NCBI GenBank assembly: GCA_030679985.1
Contig: JAUXSI010000026.1
Location: 1-53,006 of the forward strand
Reading direction: 5' to 3'
Length of the DNA: 53,006 bases
DNA from: Candidatus Moraniibacteriota bacterium
GTDB taxonomy: Bacteria; Patescibacteriota; Minisyncoccia; Moranbacterales; UBA2206
The first letter of the stretch is position 1; each line of letters starts with the position of its first letter. The notes under the pieces are model-generated. The model saw nothing but the letters and a program-made list of their open reading frames with translations, was not told the origin of the DNA and made no database searches. The position numbers and the translations under genes are program-made. Below are positions 27,401 through 35,190 of this stretch, one piece after another.

Positions 27401-29979
27401 ATGATGCCGCAATCGATCCGACCGCAAGCGATGACAGCGCGGATGGGTATGTAGTCGGGACGGTTTGGGTCAATACGGCTACGCAAAGCGCGTATATCGC
27501 GACCGGCGTGTCAATCGGAGCGGCGGTTTGGGAACAAATTGACGGGGCGGCCAGCGGCTCATCGACATTGCAAAGCTCCTATGACGCGGCTGGCGGCAAT
27601 ACGATTACGACGACCAGCGGAAAAAACATCGCTTTTACGCTGGGCGAGACGGCAACGCCGACTTCATTCACGGTTGAAAACCAAGATACGGCCGGAGTTT
27701 CGGCGGAACGGATTTCCAATTCGATCGCATCGGGCACTTTGACCAACGGCTTGCTTTTCGAACAGACCGGCGCGGGATCGGTTACCAACGCCATCAATAT
27801 TTTGGAAACAGCCGGCGCGATTTCTACCGGAATCAACATCGGCAACAATATCGGCACCGGAATTTCCATCGGCACCGGTTTGACTACCGGCATCTCGGTG
27901 GGCTCCGGCGGAATCATCATCAACGGCGGCGCCTTGGCTATCGATAACGCGGCCGGCATCACCAGCAACCAATCGGCGATGGCGATCAATGTGAACGGAG
28001 CCGCGACCGGCAACGTGCAGATCGGCGATGGCGGCGCAGCTTCAGCGACTCCGGATATGCTGGTTTTGGATGCCGGGTCCGTGGAGCCGGCCGGTACGGA
28101 TGGTGCGATGTATTATTCGACCGCTTTGGGTAAATTCAGATGTTACGAAAACAGCTCTTGGAAAGATTGCATCTCTACGGCCGCTTCTTCTTTGCCGGAC
28201 ACGGCGGTTTTCACCGATGCGACCCCGGCGGCGTGGACGGATTCCAATACTACGGAAGTTTTCAACGACGCGACCAAACCGAACATCGCGACTGATTCGG
28301 CCAGCTCCACGGTCCTGGTACACGTCCAGGTTTATGGGCAGACCTCCAACACCAACGCTGACGCGATTTTGGCGGCGCGGATCGTGCGGACGACCGACGG
28401 AAGCAATCCTTCCTGCGCTTCGGCGACCAATGTCGGCGTGCCGATGATCGGTAATTTCACGACTTCCACCTCACAACCTTGGCAGATAGTCGGAACGTTC
28501 ATCGACAGTCCGGCCACGGCCGGCACGATCAGATACACCGTATGTACCAGTTCCGATTCGGCCGGTACGGCGACGGATACTCCGAACCAGGTCATTGTGG
28601 AGTTGGCCGAACTGGGCGCCGACTTGGCAGAAAATTATTATACGCAGGATGATTCCATCGAGCCGGGCGACGTCGTGGCGATTAACGGGGATATATCGGC
28701 GGGCATCAAAAAATCGGAGAAAATTTATGACCAGAATGTGATCGGCGTGATTTCGACCAATCCGGGCATCACATTGGATGACGCGATCGGAATCGGACAG
28801 GGTCGTCCGGTAGCTGTGGCGCTGGCCGGCCGTATCCCGGTCAAGGTTTCCAGTGAAAATGGGCGGGTAAAAGCCGGAGATTACTTGACCGCTTCTTCCG
28901 TGCCGGGCGTGGCGATGAAAGCAACTAAAACCGGTTTGGTAATCGGGCAAGCCTTGCAGGATTTCGGTTATGCCGACGATACGGTCGGATTGGTGCTGAC
29001 TTTCGTGAAAAACGCCTATTTTAATGGAGCGCAAATCGTCGATAGTGAAAACGAAATATTGTCCGGAACGGATCTTTTGCAGAAACTTTTGCTGGACAAG
29101 GCGCAAATCGACACCGCGGCGCCGGTCAGTGAGATTGTGAGCGATAGGATCGTGGCCGGATTGGAAATGGTGACGCCGCAACTGGTGACGGATAGCATTA
29201 TCGCGAAAACCATCCGGGCTGAGCATATCGAAGGGCTGGAAATCATAGAAACTGGAATCCAAAACGCGCAGGAGGCCGCTACGGACAATGCCGATGAAAT
29301 GGAGAGTTTGGGGCAGAAAATTACCCGCATCCAAAAGACCATCCAGTCTTGGAATGATAAATCCGGCAACTTTATAATAAGCAGCTTGGTCGAATTCCGT
29401 GGACGAGCAACGTTCAAATCCATTGCGGAATTTATGGATAAGGTTATTTTCCGCAAGGACGTCGAATTTGCCGGGCAGGCGATGTTCAACCAAGACGCGG
29501 CCGGCTATGCGGTAATCAATGAAGGCCAAGATAAAGTTGAAGTGGTTTTTGAAAAAGAATATGCGGCAGTCCCGGTAGTGACTGCGAGCATTTCCTTGCA
29601 ACAGATCGAAGATGACGAGGTGCGCAAAGCGGCGGAAGAATTGTTATTGTTGAATAAAGCCAATTATATAATCACCGATGTCACCGAAAAAGGATTTGAA
29701 ATCCGCATAGACCAAAAGATGGTTTCGACGATTCCATTTTCTTGGCAGGCGGTGGCGGTGAAAGATGTGAAAACTTTCAGCAAAAACAGCAAAGATAAAA
29801 ATAGGAAAACCGATCAAGTCGATGTTGTGGCAGAAGAAGAGGAAGAAGCTGTGAGCGTCGAAGTCGCCGATCAGAGCCAGGCAGGAGCGGGGGATGGCGC
29901 GTCCGACAACGGGGATGCGGAGATGGAGGAAAGCGATCCGTCGATAAGCGATGGAGAGATCGCTGTGGCGATGCCATAA
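24451..29979 (+). CDS. giant (1842 aa) surface protein with right-handed beta-helix repeats and tail-fibre-like termini
   Basis: N-terminal anchor or signal. INFQGKVVNTDGTNV...YDFVFRSY...IWTE module. Many NxxxxN/G beta-helix rungs (NNRFTRMG, FTSNTVDGS, FTNNIINGA, FSNNSINGI). DLAENYY..EPGDVV..GRIPVKVS C-terminal module, coiled coil and acidic tail. Confidence 0.85.
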   Translation: MGPGNLKIKILLTAMLIMLGGFFVFQKSASAAAGINKTINFQGKVVNTDGTNVADANYDFVFRSYDQQAPGGTLIWTESKSLAVDDGIFQTNLGDASALPGSVDFNTDNIYLGIEFNSNGEMAPRVQFTAAPYAFNADKLDGQDWEIPGAIGSVTPNSGTFTALGVLESGIAPVFKTIFQGADQASDITYTLPAISADGLLKNDSGTLSWDTANYLVNPMSTLGDIIYGGISGAPTRLAGSAGFLTSTGAAAPVWTAATTDYFNQYALLEGRAGGQVWIGGTAANDMLTIQGNSASSGNVGTNTAMLFKVGDSGATTAFSILQDGTLNFQNSATQNIRIENADASVLAPSCDGTSLGRMYYDTSAGSAFVCIESAPGVYGWFDYTTTSVQSNKVVTVGTGGDFTSISAGAGYLNALGGGIILLTPETHNVTSSVDLSNINLIGANTGDTRINITGSGVLRVKETQFKSLTIYVDAAIASAAGIDAKYDAATTTSVIFEWVDFITNGTKVLLDSSEATSPVIRTRFISVSATSGTQKILLPQATSNIDASSTNFVESQGGSGALDLEDWDVKIAGSSNVKTSGTITTIPASTIYVYPGMNIQAAINSVSSGGVITLLPGVHNITSTLLIDRSDIQIQGYGDSSIVRAAGFVGGDQVAAFHIGSLDGAVPQDGVVLKDFRLEVSGTGASDIHGIRVAGGEDNQILNISVVKTAGASGTGAGARIGIFMLDGTAEKLARPVIKGCRVLGDSAVTAYFTDGIHVTGGAGYGVGSGVWTNGQGVDGALVDGNYVDYVRETVAVFVGTNNSSLFNNRFTRMGAGGGGAFGVFMGNASNVNMTANVVSTSLSTASSGIVIDGLDSGSLKQMTDSAFTSNTVDGSANGGVGFATGVVIGAAANTGFHRNLFTNNIINGASDLVTVAIRITGNADDNNFSNNSINGINNAWDTGINIVSNTADRNFIGKNAFINVTATVADAGIATQLNVTQHDAAIDPTASDDSADGYVVGTVWVNTATQSAYIATGVSIGAAVWEQIDGAASGSSTLQSSYDAAGGNTITTTSGKNIAFTLGETATPTSFTVENQDTAGVSAERISNSIASGTLTNGLLFEQTGAGSVTNAINILETAGAISTGINIGNNIGTGISIGTGLTTGISVGSGGIIINGGALAIDNAAGITSNQSAMAINVNGAATGNVQIGDGGAASATPDMLVLDAGSVEPAGTDGAMYYSTALGKFRCYENSSWKDCISTAASSLPDTAVFTDATPAAWTDSNTTEVFNDATKPNIATDSASSTVLVHVQVYGQTSNTNADAILAARIVRTTDGSNPSCASATNVGVPMIGNFTTSTSQPWQIVGTFIDSPATAGTIRYTVCTSSDSAGTATDTPNQVIVELAELGADLAENYYTQDDSIEPGDVVAINGDISAGIKKSEKIYDQNVIGVISTNPGITLDDAIGIGQGRPVAVALAGRIPVKVSSENGRVKAGDYLTASSVPGVAMKATKTGLVIGQALQDFGYADDTVGLVLTFVKNAYFNGAQIVDSENEILSGTDLLQKLLLDKAQIDTAAPVSEIVSDRIVAGLEMVTPQLVTDSIIAKTIRAEHIEGLEIIETGIQNAQEAATDNADEMESLGQKITRIQKTIQSWNDKSGNFIISSLVEFRGRATFKSIAEFMDKVIFRKDVEFAGQAMFNQDAAGYAVINEGQDKVEVVFEKEYAAVPVVTASISLQQIEDDEVRKAAEELLLLNKANYIITDVTEKGFEIRIDQKMVSTIPFSWQAVAVKDVKTFSKNSKDKNRKTDQVDVVAEEEEEAVSVEVADQSQAGAGDGASDNGDAEMEESDPSISDGEIAVAMP

Positions 29980-30014
29980 TCATAAGACAAACGAAAATTT
30001 AGATAGAAGAAAAT

Positions 30015-30045
30015 AAAAAATCCCGATTTCCTGGCGGGATTTTTT
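30015..30045 (+). terminator. terminator after the giant gene
   Basis: AAAAAATCCCG ... CGGGATTTTTT. Confidence 0.75.
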
Positions 30046-30120
30046 ATTTGGAAAAAAATTTCCATTGTGTAAAAAATAAATCTATGTTAATATGCAATCA
30101 ATATCCGCTAACTTTAGGTT

Positions 30121-31293
30121 ATGCAAAAAATAGAAAAAGAAAAATCAAAAATAGAAACGATCGACAAGTTGTTCGCGAAAAAAAAACCGGTTAAAAAATC
30201 CGTGGCGATGAAATCGGAAGATGAGAAACAAATACAAGCGCCGGAAACGGCTGGAGTAGAAAGCGGAAGAGGGAAAAACGCACAGAGGGGACCGGAAGTG
30301 GTCGCGGTGCGGAGAAGGTCTCCGGGAAAAAACAGCCGGCGCGTGGCGGATAGTAAGGAGAAGGCCGTGTCTGCGGAAACGGATTTGAAGACGGGCAAAA
30401 AAAAGTCCGTGATCGAAATCAAGGCGCCGGTTCCAGGAAGACCGGGCGGACGGACTAAGATCAAGGAATGGGAAGATGCTGATTGGGTGGATAAGGCTGA
30501 TCCAGTGGCCTATAAGAATATGAAAATAAAGCACATCAAAAGGAAAGTTATCCGAAATGTCGCCTGGGCCTGCGTCGTTCTGGCGGGCGTCGGGTCGTTG
30601 TATTTTTATAGCAGGCATATGGAAGTGGGAATCTGGCGGAAGTCTGATACGTCCCAGATAAGCGGCGCTGGAAACGATGCCGGACAAGTCCAGGACGATC
30701 TTCAGATGACCAAGGCGGCTGTCGAAAAGCTTATGGAATTGCCGGTCGGTGAGGAACCGGTGCTGGCCACCGTGACAGATGTCGACAAAATCAGGACGCA
30801 GAAATTTTTCGATAAGGCGCAAAATGGCGACCGAGTGCTGATTTACAAGGATAATCAGAAATTGATCTTGTACCGCCCGACTATCAATAAAATTATTGAA
30901 GTTTCACAGACTTCTGGATTGGAAGCTAAAGCGCCAAGCGCGGATCAAACCGCACAAGTCACTAATGATGCCGCTCCGGCAGCCGATGAGGCTGTGGCGG
31001 CGGAGTCTCCCGTGAGAGTCGCGGTGTATAACGGTTCAACGATAAAGGGGTTGGCGAAGAAAATCGGCGGAACAGTCGCGTTGTTGCCGGGAACCGCGAT
31101 CGTGCAGACAATCAACGCCGCCGAGAATTACACCAAGACTTCCGTAATCGACCTTTCCGGAAGCCATTCCGAGCTGGCCCAGAAAATCGCGGAATCGCTC
31201 GGCGGGGAAATCGGAACTTTGCCGGAAGGGGAGAAAGCTCCGGAAGCGGACATTCTGGTTATCGGCGGAAGCGAATACGGATCGGGTCAATAA
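30121..31293 (+). CDS. membrane protein with C-terminal LytR_C-like domain
   Basis: Basic N-terminal region and TM helix (VAWACVVLAGVGSLYFY). C-terminal VRVAVYNGSTIKGLAKKIGG...DILVIGGSEY is typical of LytR_C. Confidence 0.75.
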   Translation: MQKIEKEKSKIETIDKLFAKKKPVKKSVAMKSEDEKQIQAPETAGVESGRGKNAQRGPEVVAVRRRSPGKNSRRVADSKEKAVSAETDLKTGKKKSVIEIKAPVPGRPGGRTKIKEWEDADWVDKADPVAYKNMKIKHIKRKVIRNVAWACVVLAGVGSLYFYSRHMEVGIWRKSDTSQISGAGNDAGQVQDDLQMTKAAVEKLMELPVGEEPVLATVTDVDKIRTQKFFDKAQNGDRVLIYKDNQKLILYRPTINKIIEVSQTSGLEAKAPSADQTAQVTNDAAPAADEAVAAESPVRVAVYNGSTIKGLAKKIGGTVALLPGTAIVQTINAAENYTKTSVIDLSGSHSELAQKIAESLGGEIGTLPEGEKAPEADILVIGGSEYGSGQ

Positions 31294-31315
31294 CAGGACA
31301 AAATATTTTGTAAAC

Positions 31316-31345
31316 AAAAAAGACTGTCCAGGAACAGTCTTTTTT
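31316..31345. terminator. bidirectional terminator (LytR_C gene / rnj)
   Basis: AAAAAAGACTGT ccagga ACAGTCTTTTTT. Confidence 0.85.
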
Positions 31346-31367
31346 GTTTGTTTTTTAGATCAAGCCA

Positions 31368-33275
31368 TTAGACTTCAATCACGACCGGCAAGACCATCGG
31401 CCTTCTTTGCGTTTTGGAATAGAGGAACGATCCGACAGTTTCGCGGATATTGTTTTTCACATAATCCCAATTGACAGCCGTATCCGGCGAGGTTTTCTTT
31501 TCAACGATTTCTTCGACTTTCTTCTTGGTGGCGTTCACCAAATCGAAATTTTCTTTGACGAAGATGAATCCACGAGAGGTGACTTGCGGTTTGCCGATGA
31601 TTTTTTTGGTTTTACTGTCAATGATTACCGTGATGACGAACATCCCGTCTTGCGCCAGCAATTGGCGGTCACGCAATACTACTTGGCCGATGTCGCCGAC
31701 CCCGAGGCCGTCGACCATGACGTAGCTCGTATCGACTTTGTTGGGCAGGAGTTTGGCTTTGTTATTCTGTATTTCCAAAATATTTCCATTATCCAAGACG
31801 AAAATATTGTCGCGGCGGAAGCCGGTCCGGATAGCCAATTTCTCGGCTTCTTTCAACATATAATGGTTGGCGTAGACCGGCAGGAAGAAGTCCGGCTGGA
31901 CTTGGCGCAGGATATTCTGGATATCTTGGGCGCTGCAATGTCCGCTGGTGTGCACGTCCAGGATGTCGCTGTGGATCACATTGTCGCATTTGCGATAAAG
32001 ATTATCTTTCAACCGTTGGATGGTGCGCTCGTTGCCGGGGATTATGGACGAGGAGAATATGATCGTGTCATCTTTTTGGATCTGGATATGGCGGTGTTCG
32101 CCGTTCACGATGCGTGAGAGCACGGCATTGCCTTCGCCCTGGGCGCCGGTGCAGATGATGATGATTTTATTCTTGGGATATTTGGAGATATCGGAAACGG
32201 GGATCAAAGTCGCTTTATGCATCTTGATGTAACCCAGTTCTTTGGCGATTTCAACGTTCATTTTCATACTGTAACCGTCCAGGGCCACCTTCTTGCCGAT
32301 CTGTTCGGCGTATTCCAGGATATGGCCGATCCGCCTGATCTGTGAGGAAAAGGTCCCGATTATGATTTTGCCGGGCGCTTCGTCGATCAGCTTTTCCAGA
32401 TTGGCGTACATTTCCTCTTCAGTCGTGCGGCTCGGATTGGTGACGATCGCGCCTAAGCTTTCCAGCATCATAATCCGCGGGCTGGGCAATTTGGACAATT
32501 CGGTATAATCGGTGAGCGATTTGCCGGTCGCATCCTTTTCCATCGTCCAGTCTCCGGGATGGATTACCGTGCCGTGGGGCGTCCGGATGATGACTCCGAC
32601 CGCGTCCATAATGGAATGTTCCACTTCGAAAAATTCAATCCTGAATTTGCCCAAAGTTATCTTATCGGTTACCGATCCGACCCGGATCGTTTTGAGATTT
32701 TCAGCTGAGCCTTTATCGAAATCTTCCATCTTCTTTTTGACCATCGCGATAGTCATATCTCGGCCGACGACGACCGGGTACCCGAGCTGTTTGAGCAGGA
32801 GGGGAGCGGCTCCGATATGGTCAAGGTGGCCATGGCTGAGAACCACGCCGCGCACCTGTTTCTCCTTGCCCTTCAGGTAATTGATGTTAGGTATGATATA
32901 GTCGATGCCGGGCATATCTTCTTCCGGGAACATCATACCCATATCCAAGATGACGATATCGCCGTCATATTCGAAAAGGGTCATATTGCGTCCGACTTCC
33001 TCCTGGCCGCCGAGCGGAATGATGCGTAAGTTGTCCTTGGAATGGATGTTCGGCTTGGTCTGGGCGTCGGCCGGCTTCGCTTTGATTTGCGCGTGGTTCA
33101 TCCGCGACCTGTTGCGGTTTTTTGCCGGGGCGCCCTGATTTTTGGCTGGAAGCGGTTTCACTTCGGCCTTGGCATACGTCGGACGTGCCGAGTTCCGGGC
33201 GTGGACCGGCGGTTTGTCCGGTCTGCTAGATGACCCGCCTGCCGGATGGACAGGTAAGTTTGTTTTGTTTAACAT
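31368..33275 (-). CDS. rnj: ribonuclease J (with basic N-terminal extension)
   Basis: Metallo-beta-lactamase HGHLDHIG and a beta-CASP region, at RNase J length. About 85 extra Lys/Pro/Ala-rich residues at the N-terminus. A later ATG (33101) is also possible. Confidence 0.93.
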   Translation of the reverse strand: MLNKTNLPVHPAGGSSSRPDKPPVHARNSARPTYAKAEVKPLPAKNQGAPAKNRNRSRMNHAQIKAKPADAQTKPNIHSKDNLRIIPLGGQEEVGRNMTLFEYDGDIVILDMGMMFPEEDMPGIDYIIPNINYLKGKEKQVRGVVLSHGHLDHIGAAPLLLKQLGYPVVVGRDMTIAMVKKKMEDFDKGSAENLKTIRVGSVTDKITLGKFRIEFFEVEHSIMDAVGVIIRTPHGTVIHPGDWTMEKDATGKSLTDYTELSKLPSPRIMMLESLGAIVTNPSRTTEEEMYANLEKLIDEAPGKIIIGTFSSQIRRIGHILEYAEQIGKKVALDGYSMKMNVEIAKELGYIKMHKATLIPVSDISKYPKNKIIIICTGAQGEGNAVLSRIVNGEHRHIQIQKDDTIIFSSSIIPGNERTIQRLKDNLYRKCDNVIHSDILDVHTSGHCSAQDIQNILRQVQPDFFLPVYANHYMLKEAEKLAIRTGFRRDNIFVLDNGNILEIQNNKAKLLPNKVDTSYVMVDGLGVGDIGQVVLRDRQLLAQDGMFVITVIIDSKTKKIIGKPQVTSRGFIFVKENFDLVNATKKKVEEIVEKKTSPDTAVNWDYVKNNIRETVGSFLYSKTQRRPMVLPVVIEV

Positions 33276-33351
33276 AGTTTTTTTAAATCTGCCTGTAACT
33301 TATAATTACAAAATAAACAAATTTATTAGTTTTTTTAAATTAAGAACTTTT

Positions 33352-33425
33352 CGGTTTTGTCACCCATGATTTTCATAACTGGAAAAAATATAACTTGCAG
33401 TAGAAAATCCCGGGTGACAAAACCG
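33352..33425. other. long stem-loop between manC and rnj
   Basis: CGGTTTTGTCACCC (33352-33365) and GGGTGACAAAACCG (33412-33425) form a perfect 14 bp. An inner GATTTT/AAAATC extension is possible. Confidence 0.6.
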
Positions 33426-33677
33426 ATGGTCGGTTAAATCGGGGGAATGTGGCGATAATGCGAAAATAGACAAGAGGATGCCTCAATAAAAGGCAAAAGA
33501 GCCGAAACTGAGCCGATAAATCTGGAAAAAGTTAGAAGGGTAAATTAATCAAGAAGTATGCTATAGGCTGATAATACATCATCCGGGGTAAAAAGTCAAC
33601 CCCGGCAAGCCGATTCCAGGGCGGCCCAAGATATTTCGGCTTAAATAAGGCCTAAAACCAACTGAAAACCCCCTGGT

Positions 33678-35063
33678 TTATTTTTCCAGACGGTTGTAGA
33701 TATCGTCATAGCGGACGATGTCGTCTTCTTCGAAATAATCCCCGGTCTGCACCTCGATGATTTCCAGATCGGTCGTGCCCGGGTTGGAGAGGCGATGCTT
33801 ATGAGTAGCCGGAATATAGGTGCTTTCGTTTTCTTGCAGGTCTATTTCTTGTTCGCCGTTTATTACGCGGGCTGTTCCGCGGACTACGACCCAGTGTTCG
33901 GAGCGGCGCTTGTGCGATTGCAATGAAAGCGAAGCGCCCGGATAGACGATCAGTTTTTTGACTTTGTGGTTGGCGTCGTCTACCAAGATCCGGTATTTAC
34001 CCCAGGGGCGGTAACCCATTATTTTATGGTCGACCTCTTTGTAGGAGTTCGCTTTCAGATAGTCCACGACTTTTTTCACGTTGTCGCTCTGGCCTTTTTT
34101 CTGGACCAGGATGCAATCGTCATTTTCGATGATGATCAGATCCTCTACGTCCGAGGCGGCAACCAGCCGGTCGGTGGCGGAATGGATGAAAATGTTCTTT
34201 GAATCGATCAGGACGTGGTTTTTCTGGACGGTGTCCTGTTGCTGCATGATATCCGAAAGGGCGTCGAACGACCCGATGTCGCTCCAGCCGAAATCACCTT
34301 CAAAAACCACCACCTTGTCGGATTTTTCGGAGATGGCGAAATCGATGGAGATGGACGGAAGGCCGCTGAAGCCTTGTTCGAATTCAGCGTAGCTTTTGGC
34401 ATAAGCGGCATATATTTCCGGGGCATATTTTTGCAATTCTTCCGAGAAAGTTTTTTCATTGAATATGTACATCCCGCTGTTCCAGACATATTCCCCGGTA
34501 GCGATGTAGCGCTCGGCCGTTTCCCGGTCAGGTTTTTCCTTGAATTGCGAGACCGCATAGTAGGAGTCGGTTTTGGCGCCTTTCTGGATGTAGCCGAAGC
34601 CGGTTTCCGGCGTCAACGGAGTGATGCCGATAGTGCCGATATTGCCGGAAACTTTTTCCATAGCCGATCGCACGAGTTGGACAAAGGCGTCCGTCTTGCT
34701 GATGCTGTGGTCCGAGGGCAAGAATATTACCGGGGCGTCAGCGGCGACGCCTTTTTTTTCTACGAGATATTTCAAAGCCAATGCGATAGCCGGGGCGGTG
34801 TTCAGGGAGGCCGGTTCGATTATGATATGGTCGCTCTCCAGTCCGGGATGGATTTCTTTAATTTGGTCCAAGACGTTGAAGCGGTTGGCCTGGTTGGTTA
34901 TGAAAAATATGTTTTCGGCCGGCATTATTTTTTGCATGCGCAAAAAAGTTTCTTGGATCAGGGATTTGTCGGAATATAAATTCAGGAATTGCTTAGGGAA
35001 GCTTTTGCGGGAAAGGGGCCAGAGCCGGGTGCCTGAGCCGCCGCAAAGGATTACACTGTACAT
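33678..35063 (-). CDS. manC: mannose-1-phosphate guanylyltransferase / mannose-6-phosphate isomerase (bifunctional type)
   Basis: ILCGGSGTRLWPLSR nucleotidyltransferase loop and a C-terminal cupin (HKRRSEHWVVVRGTARV). Confidence 0.92.
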   Translation of the reverse strand: MYSVILCGGSGTRLWPLSRKSFPKQFLNLYSDKSLIQETFLRMQKIMPAENIFFITNQANRFNVLDQIKEIHPGLESDHIIIEPASLNTAPAIALALKYLVEKKGVAADAPVIFLPSDHSISKTDAFVQLVRSAMEKVSGNIGTIGITPLTPETGFGYIQKGAKTDSYYAVSQFKEKPDRETAERYIATGEYVWNSGMYIFNEKTFSEELQKYAPEIYAAYAKSYAEFEQGFSGLPSISIDFAISEKSDKVVVFEGDFGWSDIGSFDALSDIMQQQDTVQKNHVLIDSKNIFIHSATDRLVAASDVEDLIIIENDDCILVQKKGQSDNVKKVVDYLKANSYKEVDHKIMGYRPWGKYRILVDDANHKVKKLIVYPGASLSLQSHKRRSEHWVVVRGTARVINGEQEIDLQENESTYIPATHKHRLSNPGTTDLEIIEVQTGDYFEEDDIVRYDDIYNRLEK

Positions 35064-35135
35064 AGTCGTGTTTTTTTAATGATAAGACTTACTCTAGTAT
35101 TTTATGGGAAACGGGCGGCAGGGTCAAATGGTTTT

Positions 35136-35163
35136 TTGCCGGCTTTGCGAAATATGCTAGAAT
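35136..35163 (+). promoter_or_regulatory. promoter TTGCCG-N16-TAGAAT (extended -10 TGC)
   Basis: Hexamers at 35136-35141 and 35158-35163, with -10 block TGCTAGAATGGAGC. Confidence 0.5.
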
Positions 35164-35190
35164 GGAGCCATAATCATTATTTGAAACCAA

